From: Piromyces finnis finn
Lineage: Eukaryota; Fungi; Neocallimastigomycota
Reading direction: 5' to 3'
DNA: 64,000 bases
Assembly: GCA_002104945.1 (NCBI GenBank)
Contig: MCFH01000005.1
Span: forward strand, 1,308,138-1,372,137
The notes under the pieces are model-generated. The model had not been told where the DNA came from. It ran no database searches and was given only the letters and a program-made list of their open reading frames with translations. The first letter of the stretch is position 1, and each line of letters opens with the position of its first letter. The position numbers and the translations under genes are program-made. Positions 1 through 12,451 of this stretch are shown here, piece by piece.

Positions 1-1405
1 CCTTCAATAGTAATAAGTGATCCAGTATTAATATCACTTCCATAATATTTATTTAATGATACCTCAACTGATCCAAATGAACTGTTTGAATGATTAATAA
101 ATATATAATTTAATACTTTTTTTTTTTTAAATTTATTCGAAATATTTAAAGGTTAAACTATTATACCTAAAAAAAGTTCCTTCTGTTATAAAATGGTTTC
201 TTTTTAAATTTCCATATTGATAAACATTATTTAAATAAACGTATGAATGAATTATGCTATCATTATTAAAAAATGAAAAAGCATGTCCCTGTTATAGTTG
301 AATCATTCATTTTAAAAAAGAAAAATACCACAGTTATAAATAAAAATAAAATATAAATATTTATATTTATGTTTTAATGATGTTGCATTTAATACAAAAA
401 AAAAAAAAAGTATCATTACAGCTTCATAGCTTGTTGAATTTCTAAAAACTATATAGTCAATGTAAGTCTGATATGAAAATTTGATAGAAATTGAACCACC
501 AGGAGAAACAGAATAATTATTATTAAATTTATTATTAATTAAAGTATTATTTGAATATAAAATATTAAGAGCTCCTCCACTTTTTATTTTAATAAATATG
601 AAATGTGAAAAAAGCACAATAAAATATTAATAAAAACCATTATTTATTAGAGTACGAATAACAATTTTTTTTTATTTTTTATTTTTTCATAATAAAATTA
701 TACTTATTAGTACCTAAGAAGTTTATATCCACTATAAAACTGTTCAAATTTTGAATCACTACAAGTGAAACTTGCGTATTGTAATGAAATAGCACCATTA
801 TAATAATTACCATCAAAGTTTGAATTTTTAATATTAATATTTGTTGGATGAGTTTTTGCATTTTCAATTTTTATTAAATGAATATTGGAGATGGTATTTC
901 CATACCATTTAGAATTAATAATATCCATATGATAATTATATATTTCATATCCGTTGGATTGATTTGGTAAATGAAATTCTGAATATGAAATTTTCAAATT
1001 CTTATAAATAGATGTGTCATTATTATTCGATATAAAATATCCATTTAATTTTACTTTATAAAAATCGATATTCAAATTGTTATTAAATTTTATGTTTCCA
1101 TTAATAGCTATATTTTTAAGCTTAATATCTTCACAATTTTCTAGGAAAGATAAATTTATTGAGTCCACATTTACAAAGTTTAGTGTAGAATTATTTGCTG
1201 ACCCAGAAATTGAAATTTTCTTTATATTAATATTTAGAACATCAAGATTATCTAATACTATATGGTTTCCGATAGATAATGTTTCTTCTCCATTTACTAA
1301 ACTTTCTATAAACTCATCTTTATTATATACATTTTTTCCATTAATTTTTGATATAATTATATTAAAATACGATATAATATATAATATTTTAAATAGAAAT
1401 ATCAT
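1..1405 (-). CDS. 5' part of a multi-exon secreted/surface protein with an Asn-rich beta-helix (pectin-lyase-fold/polymorphic-membrane-protein-like) ectodomain; continues beyond window start
   Basis: ORF 707..1405 starts with a hydrophobic signal peptide (MIFLFKILYIISYFNIIIS). Motifs such as FDGNYYNGAISL, SGGALNI and SPGGSISI (GGA/FxxN-like) occur in this ORF and in 312..617. Further coding-like patches at ~170-310 and 1-100 are separated by AT-rich GT..AG introns. Fold assignment is by motif resemblance only. Confidence 0.65.
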
Positions 1406-1923
1406 TTTTTTTTATTTATTTAAGAATAAATATAATATAGCCTTTTAAATTTATAGATTAATAATGAATTGAAAAAAAAAGAATAATATATATTAACAAA
1501 TAAATAGTAATAAAATTTATTTTCCTTTTTTTCTTCTTATTTAATAGTATATATTTATTCTATTTAACATTATAATACTATAGTACTATTGAATATTAAT
1601 AATATTAATTATTATTTTTTATAAAATAAGAATATATCATTAAAAAAAAATGTTTGTTTTCTAAAAAACTTTATTTCTTATACTATTGAAATTTAAAAAG
1701 TAAAAAATTCGCCTAGTTATATTATTTAATCCTAACAATTGATCGTTTTTAATATATTTAAGTTATTAAAGTTATATGCTAGTTTTTTTTTTTTCTTTCA
1801 TTCTTTCTTTCTTTTTGATATAATTCAAAGTATTTTCTTTTTTATTATTATCTTTAAAAAAAGATAGTTGTAATGAAAAATATTATACTATTTTATATAC
1901 TATTAGAATTATAAAATGTTATT

Positions 1924-1958
<35 letters not shown>

Positions 1959-2015
1959 AAAAAAATCTATATTTCATTATTTGGTAATATGAATTGTATA
2001 GTATTTGTAGGGATT

Positions 2016-2216
2016 ACCTTTACCTATTCTAATGTACATGGATTAAGTGAGCGTCGAAGCTGAAGAAACAGTATGACAGACCAGGAGGGTCACAACCACC
2101 TAGCAATAGGAATGAGCCAACGTTTCTCTAAGAACCACCATTGGAGCTAACTCTGATCGATGGGAGAAATGCACTCGGAAGTTAAAAAAAAAAAAAAAAA
2201 AAAACCTTTACCTATT
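2016..2216 (+). mobile_element. Short non-LTR retrotransposed insertion (SINE or 5'-truncated LINE 3' end) with poly(A) tail and 13-bp target-site duplication
   Basis: ACCTTTACCTATT at 2016-2028 and again at 2204-2216 flanks a 155-bp ~46% GC segment (2029-2183) followed by A21 (2184-2204, last A shared with the duplication), in very AT-rich background. Confidence 0.8.
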
Positions 2217-3756
2217 AAAAATTGAAAAAGAGTTTAAGGAAATTTTTTAATTGTCAAGTATTAAAGTTTTGATCCATTTTAAATATTAACTTTAAGTCAA
2301 TTTTTTCTTTATTTTTCCTTTTTGTAAACATAAGACTACACATTTAAAATTTAAATTATTGTTTCAGATAGTATAATATGCTTTATTTAGTCTGCTTTTT
2401 TTTTTTTTTTTTTCGTAGATTCTAAATTCTTACAAAAAAAAAGGTAATTGTATTAAATAATTATGAATTATGTACATACTTATATTCAAAAAACACTTCG
2501 TATTAAAATGATAAAGAAAAACATTTTGCATTATATTGTATAATGATAATACGAATTTTTGTTTAAAAAACAAGGTTTAAAAAAGAAATAATAATAATTT
2601 ATCATCTCAGAAAAATGATATAATTAAAAGCATTAATCAATGTATTTTAATTATAAAAATATAAAATCATGATTTACACATGTCATGGTTATCTTCAAAA
2701 ACATGATCAGTTTTTTTATTAATTAAAAATTAAAAATTCTATTTAAAATTTATTCCATTTTATTATATTCCAATTATATATTAAATAATATATAATAATC
2801 AATTGTTTATTCAAAATGTTTTGTATTGTAATTATTCCATAAAATCTTAAAATTTAATATTTTTAAATTAATTTATATATTAATTTTTTTTTAAATTAAA
2901 AATATTTTTTTTATTAGATTTTAACCTTGATAAAAAAAATTGACACTTTGATAAAAAAAGGAAATGAAATTGAAGATTAGGAGGAAAATAGTAATGCAAT
3001 TTAAATGTTCCTATTTATAAAGATGCCTTTTTTTTATATGTATAATGAAAACAGAAATAATTATGTTTAATTAAAAAAATAGTACTGAATATATTGAAAT
3101 AAATAAAATTAATAACTACAAAGGTATGAAACAGAAATGAGTAAACAATTATTAATTACATTCAACATTATTATTTGATACAATCATTAAATTCAAAAAG
3201 ATTGATAATTATAAATATAAATATATTTTTTTAATATAATTATAAATTGTTGATGCTATTTAACATTGAATATATTTATTATTATTAAGGAATAAAAACT
3301 TTTTTTTTTTTTTTGATATATTATGTATATAAAGACTACAAATATAATATAAAAATGAAAAAGTAAAGAATAGAAACAAACAAATAATATGTATATATAC
3401 GATTAAATGAAATAATAAAAAAAGGTAGCATTTATTTATTATTTGTTAAAAATTAAATTATTTTTTTCATTGATTTTGTTATTTACAATTTTGTTTGATA
3501 GTTATAAGAGTATGTTATTTTTAGATAATTAAATAGAATAAATCTTTATGTTTTTATTTAATAATCTAAAATAAATGATAATACAAAAATTCCAGAGTAT
3601 TTTATATAATTAGATGATTTTTTTTTTTTTAAAAAAAACATGGGATAAAAACTTTAACATTGTATTTATTAGCATTTTCTTTCTTTGTGTCCTAGTGGAG
3701 ATTTATCACAGTTACTAATTCAATTCTAATATTAAACTAAAGAAAAAAAAAAAAAA

Positions 3757-4665
3757 TTATTTTTCCATCCATTCATATAATGTAGATTCTGAATTCAAAT
3801 TTCTTTTTATTTTACGTTTATTGCGATGAATAAAACGACGACGCCTTTTTTTTGCTTGTTTTTGTTGTTTCTGTTCATTTCGTTTATTTATATATTTCAT
3901 ATAACCTGCTGTAATTATACTTGATGGTAAAGCAATTAATGCAATTCCGAATATAGAAGATATCATAGCTACACATCTTCCTTCTGTTGTCACCGGATAC
4001 AAGTCCCCGTATCCTACAGTAGTAAGCGAAACTGTAGACCAATAAATAGCATCAAAAAATGTATCGAAAGATTCTGGTTCTACATTAAACATTATGAGAG
4101 CAGAAGCTAAAATATATCCGAGAGAAAAGGTACCAACTGCATATAATGGGTATTTGGATTCTTTTACAACGTCAGAAATAATCATAATACTTTTTGAGTA
4201 TCTGAATGCTTTAAGGAGACGTATTATTTTTAAAGTTTTTATCATATTAAATATTTTCATTAATTTGAAACTCTCATTCAAGTTGGTTATTGATGGTAAT
4301 ATGGAAAGTAAATCAATTAATGCAACCATAGTAAATGGATATTTAATGAAGGAAATATATGATGAATTCTCTAATTTGTAATCGGCTGTTATAAATTTTA
4401 ATATATAATCAATGATAAATATTAAAACAGCTATAGTGTCTGTAAATAAAAAAAAAATATAGTCTTCTTTTAAGGCTAACGGAAAAACACTAACTATTAT
4501 TGTAATAATCATTATTATATCATAAATTAAACTTAATATATCATTTTTCTTCGACACCTCGATAATTTCAAATATTCTTTTACGTGTACATTTTTTTTCA
4601 ATGAGGTTATCACTTTTGGTATTATAGTATTCTGTAGTATCATTAATATAAATAGTATTATTCAT
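3757..4665 (-). CDS. Voltage-gated-type potassium channel (6TM, prokaryotic ion-transporter type), intronless
   Basis: Selectivity filter TTVGYGD with pore helix FFDAIYWSTVSL. Four upstream hydrophobic helices include a basic S4-like segment (KLMKIFNMIKTLKIIRLLKAFRYS); S6 is GRCVAMISSIFGIALIALP. Confidence 0.93.
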   Translation of the reverse strand: MNNTIYINDTTEYYNTKSDNLIEKKCTRKRIFEIIEVSKKNDILSLIYDIIMIITIIVSVFPLALKEDYIFFLFTDTIAVLIFIIDYILKFITADYKLENSSYISFIKYPFTMVALIDLLSILPSITNLNESFKLMKIFNMIKTLKIIRLLKAFRYSKSIMIISDVVKESKYPLYAVGTFSLGYILASALIMFNVEPESFDTFFDAIYWSTVSLTTVGYGDLYPVTTEGRCVAMISSIFGIALIALPSSIITAGYMKYINKRNEQKQQKQAKKRRRRFIHRNKRKIKRNLNSESTLYEWMEK

Positions 4666-6070
4666 TTTCCTTTTGTATGTTTTATCATATATTAATATAA
4701 ATTATTAGAATGTTTTAATAATATATAATATTATGCAATTAAACTTTCTTATTTTTAGTATTATAATTTAATAATTGTAATATAAATTCAAAGGTTCAAT
4801 ACTATTAATAATTATTTTTATGCTGAAAGATATCGCCAACTTAATAGTAATTATGTATATTTTATTATTATTATTATTTTTTTAAATTATCAAAATTATC
4901 AGTAGGTAATAGTTTTTATTTTTATAACTAATTAAATACTAATATATAATATATTATATTTTTAATGGATATATATTTTTTAAATTTAAAGATATTGTAA
5001 TTGGACTTTTAATATATATATTATTAATTGAAATTCTTTAAAGTGAAACTAGTTTTTTTTTTTTTTTTTTTTTTTTTTAAATAAATGTTTTAAATACTTT
5101 TTTAAAATATATATATATATATATATATAAAACTTTATCTACATTCTGAGAGTAATGATAAGAATATATATATTATATATTAATGCCCTCCTATGAAATA
5201 TTATATCAAAAAGTACACTAAAATTTATATATCAAAGGTGCATTAAATATAATTTATACTATCAATGTATATATAATGAAATGTATATATTATTCTATAA
5301 TTCTATAATAATTTAGTATAAAAAAAAAAAAAAAAAAATTAATTTATTGAAATTAAATTAACAGAAAAATAAAAAAATTTAATATGAAGGAATGTTATTT
5401 CATTGGTTAAAAGAATTTAAAAAGAAAAAGTATAATATGAAAAAAAAGTTTCAAATTTTAATTTTAAACCATTATTTTCACAGTAAGAAAAGGTGTTTTT
5501 TTTTTTTTTTTAAATACACCTCATGCATATATTCATTATCTATATTTTATTTTTTCATTTTATAAATTTCATAATAATGAAATACAAAAGAAAAAGTATT
5601 GAAAATGGATAGGTTAGAAAAAGAAAAAATAATATATAAAAATAGTATAATTATTTTATTTAATAAAAAAATAAAATTATATGCTGCATTCATTTATTTT
5701 TAACTTATATTAATAATAATGAAAGAAATATCTATTTTTACATAAAATTAATAAAACAAAGAGTAAACTAGTTTTATGAAATAAAAATTATATATAGATA
5801 GTGTTTTTTTTTTTTTTTTTTAAAATAATTTTCTTTTACTAAAAGTAAATATTATTATTAGTACATTAATTACTAGCTAATACAAAAAAAAATTAAATAC
5901 GAATGTATACAAGAAAAAAAAAAAAAAAAAAAGAAATTTAAAGTTAACACAAATATATAAGAAAAAAAAAAAAGAAGTTTAAAGTTGAGTAAACATTCCT
6001 ACTTTATTATTCTAATATTTTCATTAAAGTTTATAATGAAAAATACTTTAAAACTTTAAAATTTATTTTA

Positions 6071-7636
6071 TTACATTTGACACATTGAGTACCAATCATT
6101 TATATATTGACATTTACCTGTACAACATTTTGTTGAACCATTATAGTTTATACCACCACATTGATACCAAAGATCAACACAATTATTATTTGAAACATTA
6201 TTAGTGGTGCCACAAATTGATTCATTTATTCTACATGCTGTATTATTTTCCCATCCCCAAAGTGATTGATCACCACCAGTACCAGTAACAGTACATCCTT
6301 GACAGTACACTGGTGTATTATTATTATTATTATTATTAGAAGTACTACATTTTGATTCATTTATTCTACATGCTGTATTATTTTCCCATCCCCAAAGTGA
6401 TTGATCACCACCAGTACCAGTAACAGTACAACCTTGACAGTACACTGGGGTATCATTACTGTTAGTAGCTTCAGACTTTGTAGTAGTTGTAGTAGTATTA
6501 TTTGTGGTGATGATTTCGCTTTTATTATCATTACTGTCATTAGTAATGTTAGAATTAATATTTGAAGACAAGTTTTTATACATAGTTCCAATTTCAGAGT
6601 CTTTAAAGGTTAAGGTACTACGATTGAAATATTGTCCATGATCCCAAACGATTGGGCATATTCCCAATTCTTTTGCATATTGAACCACGGTAGATAAATA
6701 TTTATGAATACTATTTTTGTCTTTATTTTCAGCTGTGACACCATATTCACCTATAATAACTGGAATTCCGTTATTAACAAAACGAGTTTTTAATTTATTA
6801 AAGTCATTCTTTAGATTTTCAACATCAGAGGTTGTACCCCAGGAGAAGATAGGCTTTCCCCATGATTCTTCTTTTTCAAGAAGAGTAAATGTTGATGGAG
6901 TATAGTAATGAACGGAAACCATAACACGATCATCCTTTGGAACAATATAAGCACTATCAACAGTTAAATCAATATCTGTACAATATCCAGCTAAAAGTAA
7001 ATGTCTTTTGGTATTATTTCCTCCGGAATCACGAACTATATTAACAAAATCTTGATTAATAGTGTTTAAAAGATTATACGCTTTAGTTTTATTTCCAGAG
7101 TTAGAATAACGATTCCAAATACTATCCCAACAACCTTCTTCATTTAAAGATTCAAAAATTAGATGTTCATCATACTCCACAAAATATTCTGTCAATTGCT
7201 GCCAAATTTTTTCATATTTATTAAATGCTTCTTTTTCAGAGGTAGCAAAATTATCAAACCAACCACCATCATAATGAATATTCATAATAGCATACATATC
7301 GTTATTAATTACATAATTTACTACTTCTTCTACTCTCTTAAGAAGTTGTGGACTAATAATATAATCAGAAGACATAAGGTTACTCCATGAAACAGGAATA
7401 CGTACAGATTTAAAACCATAACTTTTTATAGTTTTGATCATAACTTCAGTGGTGACTGGATTACCCCAAGCTGTTTCATAATCTTTCGTTGTTACACCAT
7501 TAATCCAAGTACCATAGGATTCTAATGTATTTCCTAGATTCCAACCAAGGCCCATTTCTTTTATAAGATGATTTGTGGTTATTGCAAAGGTTGTTCCAAT
7601 ATAACCTGCAACCCATAAACAGTTTAATATTTTCAT
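6071..7636 (-). CDS. GH5 (subfamily 4-like) endoglucanase with two CBM10/dockerin-like modules and a C-terminal CBM1
   Basis: Signal peptide; MGLGWNLGNTLE, GFKSVRIPVSW, MNIHYD, FESLNE (acid/base), SVHYY, IIGEYG (nucleophile); Thr/Asn linker; two copies of PVYCQGCTVTGTGGDQSLWGWENNTACRINES; terminal CVDLWYQCGGINYNGSTKCCTGKCQYINDWYSMC (CBM1 pattern QCGG). Confidence 0.93.
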   Translation of the reverse strand: MKILNCLWVAGYIGTTFAITTNHLIKEMGLGWNLGNTLESYGTWINGVTTKDYETAWGNPVTTEVMIKTIKSYGFKSVRIPVSWSNLMSSDYIISPQLLKRVEEVVNYVINNDMYAIMNIHYDGGWFDNFATSEKEAFNKYEKIWQQLTEYFVEYDEHLIFESLNEEGCWDSIWNRYSNSGNKTKAYNLLNTINQDFVNIVRDSGGNNTKRHLLLAGYCTDIDLTVDSAYIVPKDDRVMVSVHYYTPSTFTLLEKEESWGKPIFSWGTTSDVENLKNDFNKLKTRFVNNGIPVIIGEYGVTAENKDKNSIHKYLSTVVQYAKELGICPIVWDHGQYFNRSTLTFKDSEIGTMYKNLSSNINSNITNDSNDNKSEIITTNNTTTTTTKSEATNSNDTPVYCQGCTVTGTGGDQSLWGWENNTACRINESKCSTSNNNNNNNTPVYCQGCTVTGTGGDQSLWGWENNTACRINESICGTTNNVSNNNCVDLWYQCGGINYNGSTKCCTGKCQYINDWYSMCQM

Positions 7637-9695
7637 TATAATTATATTTTAATGAACTATAAAAAATAAATTATTTTTAAAAATAAAATTGAAATTATTC
7701 AGTACTCTTTTTTTTTTTTTTTAAAAGGCCAATAACCATTAAATATATATATATATTGAAACATCAATACATTAAAATTTTGTTATTTTTTTATTAATGA
7801 ATAGAATAAAAATACAAAGTAGTTAACACTTTAATTAACAACACCATTTCTTTTAATTCTTTTTATTTATCTAAAAATAAAATGAAAATTAGTTAATGAA
7901 TGTTACACGAATTAATTATATAAAGATTTATAAATTTAAATATTATAATTTAAATTGCATTTAAATATTAATTACAATTTAATAAATATTAATTATAAAT
8001 ATTTTATTTAATTATCATTTTTATTATTTTTATTGTCTTTTTATGTTTTTTGAACTAAAAAAACTTAAAAAAAAAAAGTAATAAGACAAATGTATTATCA
8101 TTGTCATTATATTGTATAATAAAATTTTATATAATATTAAAAACGATGTTACAATATAAAAAAATTTATACGCACTGGATATCACCATTTTTTTTTTTAA
8201 ATTAATTTAAAAAAAAAAAGGCTCAAAAAGAAATTAAGGTTTAACATAAAAAGGATTATAAAATATTTATTATTTTTGTTTGACTGTATTTTTATTATAA
8301 AAGTTAAATCCTATTATTAACAATAAAAAACAACACAAAAAGTTAAAATTATAATATTTTAAAGTTTTATAAGAATTTGTAAATTTAAATTTTATCATTT
8401 AAAACTACACATCAATAGAACATCAGTAATGCTTTAAAATGAATATATATTTTAATATTCATTTTTTTTTTTTTTTAGTTTTTTGTTTAAAACATTCTTG
8501 AATTCTTATTATAATAATAAAAAGTTAATCTATTTAAATAGTTGAATGTCATATATCATTTAGTATAATAATGGTTTTTATATGTAATAAACAGACAAAT
8601 AAATTAATAAAGTTACTTTTCTTCTATTATTAATTGTTGAAAGTATCCAGTTTGAATTTGTGGAATAATAGCAATAATAGTCTTATATTTTATTTAATGA
8701 ATAATGAATTTTTTTATATTTCTGATGAAATTTCAAAAATTATTTACAATAAATATTATAATATTATCTTTATAATTATTTTTTAATATAAAAAAAAATA
8801 ATAAACAAAAAGTTTAATCAATATTATAGTTAATTAGTTGTTAATATTAGAATTAATATAGAAATATAAAGTAAAAATTATATAAAAGTAAAATTCAAAA
8901 CTGTAATATTTTTTAAATTTTATATAATATTTCTTTTTTTTTTTTTTTTCTTTTTTAAAATTAATATATATATATATATATTTCTGATTATTTATTAGAA
9001 TATTATATTTTATTAAATATTATTATAATCCAAATACTATTATCTTTATGGTATAAACAAGATAATTAGAAAAGTATTAAGTATAGTAAAACCTTAATAC
9101 TATAAAGATTTTTTTTTTTTTTTTTTTAAAAAATAATATTATATTGGAATATTAATTTTAAATGATATTGTAAATATAAATAATATTGCATTTATTTATT
9201 TTTTTTTCTTTTCTATTATAATTAGAATTAATGATATTTATTTAATAATAATAAAGTAAGAAATTTCATTCAGAAAATATTTTAGTTTTTATTATTGATT
9301 AATGAGGAAATTTATTATTATATAAAAAAGAAATGATAGAAATATATTTTCTTTTGAAAAGGTAAAAAAGTAAATGCAATATTGATAATATTGATTTTAT
9401 TTATAGTAGTTATGATATATATAATTAAAAATGAACTTTATAATATTGATATATATTAACCAACTTTTGTGAAAAATATTAAACTTAATTTAGCTTAATT
9501 TTCTATTTAAAAATTATAAGACCTAAACCTTAAAATTGTAATATAATAAAGATTCTATATTATTTACAGTTTACAGTTTATAGTAATTTTATCAATAATA
9601 AAAATAAATAAAAAATAACAATAAAAAAAATATTAATTATTGTTATTGATGCTATGAAATTCTTTTTCTTTTTATGATTAAAATTTCATTCTAAA

Positions 9696-12451
9696 ATGAT
9701 TCTACCATCGTATATTAAACATATCAAGATAATATTGAATATATTATATATATTTTTGTTTACAAATATTGGTATGAATTTTTATGCTTTTTTTCAATAT
9801 TTATTTTTGAATTAATTAAATAATACCTATAATGAAAATATATTATATATATGTTTATTTTTATAGTAAAAGCAGATAATATTATTACTGTTAGTGCGAT
9901 TACATTTTCATATCAAGGGGAAGACAATATATATTCAATATTAGCAAGAGATTTCAATAGATATGCAAAGAACAACAATATAAATATAAGACTTGATTTA
10001 AATTTGATTACTTCAGCAAATTCAACATTAGTAGCTAATGATTATGGATTAGCAGTTGATACTCTTCTCTCAAAAAAATCCGATAAATATGATATTTATT
10101 TTTATAATAATATATATACGGAAAAATTGGCAAAACATTTCATTGACTTAAAAAAGAGTTTACCAAAGGAACATATGGATATGTATGACTCCCAATTAAA
10201 TAAAGATATATGTGTTGCAGGTGATAAATGGGCTAGTCTTGTAAGCTTTTTTTTTATTTATTATTATGGAAATAAAATTTATTATAAAGAGAAAATAAAT
10301 AACGTTTTTTTTTTTCATATATTATTTATATTAATTTTTATAATAAGCCGATTAAAATTGATTTTACATCTTTATATTCTAATGTGGCACTTTTAGCAAA
10401 GTATAACAGAACTATACCTAAAACATGGGATGAATTAGAAGAAACTGGTAAAATAGTTTTAGAAAATGAAAAAGATGATGAAGAAGAAAAATTATGCATT
10501 TTTAATGGATCATTAAATTGTATTTAAGATTTTTTTTTTAATTTTTTATATTTTGCATTATATTTTAGTTTTTATTAAAAAAATAACTTATGTTAAATAA
10601 AATATTAATAGTTTCAGAAATTGGTACTTGTTCCATATTAGAATTTATCCATTCCTATAGAGAATCAATAAATTCCCCATATCCAGGTTTAGCAAGTGAC
10701 GAGGCAGTAAAGGCATTAGAAAAAATTAAAGAAATTAAAAATACGATTTCTTCTGGTATATATAGTCCTATAGTAAAATTAAATAAATAAAAAAAGTAAA
10801 AATTAACATCATATATACTATTATATATTTATTATTCAATATGAATATAAATAATTAATAAATCGTGATCATAATATTAATTATGTAATTCTATGAAATG
10901 ATGATATTAAAAGACGAAGTTTTCCAGAATATTGATTATTTTGTAATTAATAAATTATATGGTAATAGAGCATTATTTCTAAAGTATTGGTATTATGACT
11001 ATCCCCCAATATATAAAAGAACATTAATACCTGGTCGAACTAATCAAACCTCTGCTGCGTGTATAGGAGGATTTAATGTTGCAGCAAGTATTTATTCTAG
11101 CCAAGTTAAACAACAAGCTGCCTTAAAAGTTATTGAGTATATCACATCCAAAGATGTTCATTTAAAATATGTTAAGAAATATGATTATTTAACAGGAATT
11201 GCCGATGTATATAATGACGAGGAAGTTTGTAGTTATATTGATTGTGATATGTACAAAAAAATCCAACCAGTTATTCGACCAACTAAAGAATCTGAAGATT
11301 ATGATAAGTATTCAACAGAATTTAAAAATAAAATTTATGAGTATTTATATGGAAATTTGACAGCAAAAGAAGCATTACAAAATGCATTAGATCTTTCAAA
11401 AATATATTCTGTAGGTATATCAGATGATTCAATTGGATTAACATTTTATATCATCTTATGGATCATTATTGCTATAATAGTTTGTTCATCCGTATTTATT
11501 TTCATTCCACCATTAAAACCATATATAAAATTTTTACCAAAGGATTTCTGGATTATATCCATAATAGGAATAATCATGATGCATTGTGTTGGTTTTGCAG
11601 AATTTGGAGAAATGACCACATTAAAATGCTATTATCGTGTGATATTAATGTCATTTGGATTCACTCTTTCATTTATACCACCTTTATATAAGTTAATTAT
11701 TTCTTTCCCAGAAGAAAATAAGGTATCTAAATGGATTGAAAATCATCGTTATATATTCCTTTTAATATTTCTTTGCGTTGATGTGGGTATGAATTTATTA
11801 TTGAACTTCTATCCTTATAAAATCAAGTTCATAAGAATAGTTGATGGACAAAATTTCCAATATTGTGATTCTGGAAATTCTTTAAATAAAGTTATTATAT
11901 TTTCATTATGTGCATTTAAAGCTTTAATCTTTTTAAGCTTTTTCCTTTTAATATTTTTAGAATGGAGTTTAAAGAATATATATTACGATATTAGATTTTT
12001 AATCACTGCACTTTATATTGATTTAATTGATATTATATTATTAGTTATGGTGACCTATTTAAATATCAATAATTATAAAGTAAATTTTGTTATACGATTA
12101 ATAATATGCATTCTTTATTCCATCTCAACATTTGTATTCTTATATGGTTATAGAATTATTCATTATTTATTAAGTAATAGATTTAATAGAAACTCATCCG
12201 AAGAAAATATGAATAATTTGATTCATAATTTAAGAAAATTTAACGACAATAAAGCTTATTCAACTTCAGATGCTAACACTATCAACAATAAATCATTTGC
12301 TACTAATAGTACTAATACTAAAGGTACTTCAAAGATAATAAGTAAAGTGTTAAGTTATCATAATGCTCAAGGAATAAATCAAGGAACAAGTCAGAATACG
12401 CATTCATCAGTTTGTTATGCAAGTAAAAGTGTTGAAAGTGATACTTTATAG
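9696..12451 (+). CDS. Periplasmic solute-binding-protein (SBP type II) domain fused to a class-C-GPCR-like 7TM receptor; about 5 exons
   Basis: ATG 9696 exon splices in frame (G|gtatga..tag|TA) to give signal peptide MILPSYIKHIKIILNILYIFLFTNIVKADN. SBP motifs: DIYFYNNIYTEKLAKHFIDL, PKTWDELEETGK, LEFIHSYRES, ACIGGFNVAAS, RP...YDKYS. Seven hydrophobic segments follow in 10898..12451, then a Ser/Thr/Asn-rich tail. Confidence 0.85.

Noticed and set aside
1924-1953. Long poly-T/poly-A runs (here and many others, e.g. 20318-20354, 38506-38590) as retroposon tails
   Set aside because: No flanking target-site duplication or GC-rich body; homopolymers are ubiquitous in this AT-rich DNA.
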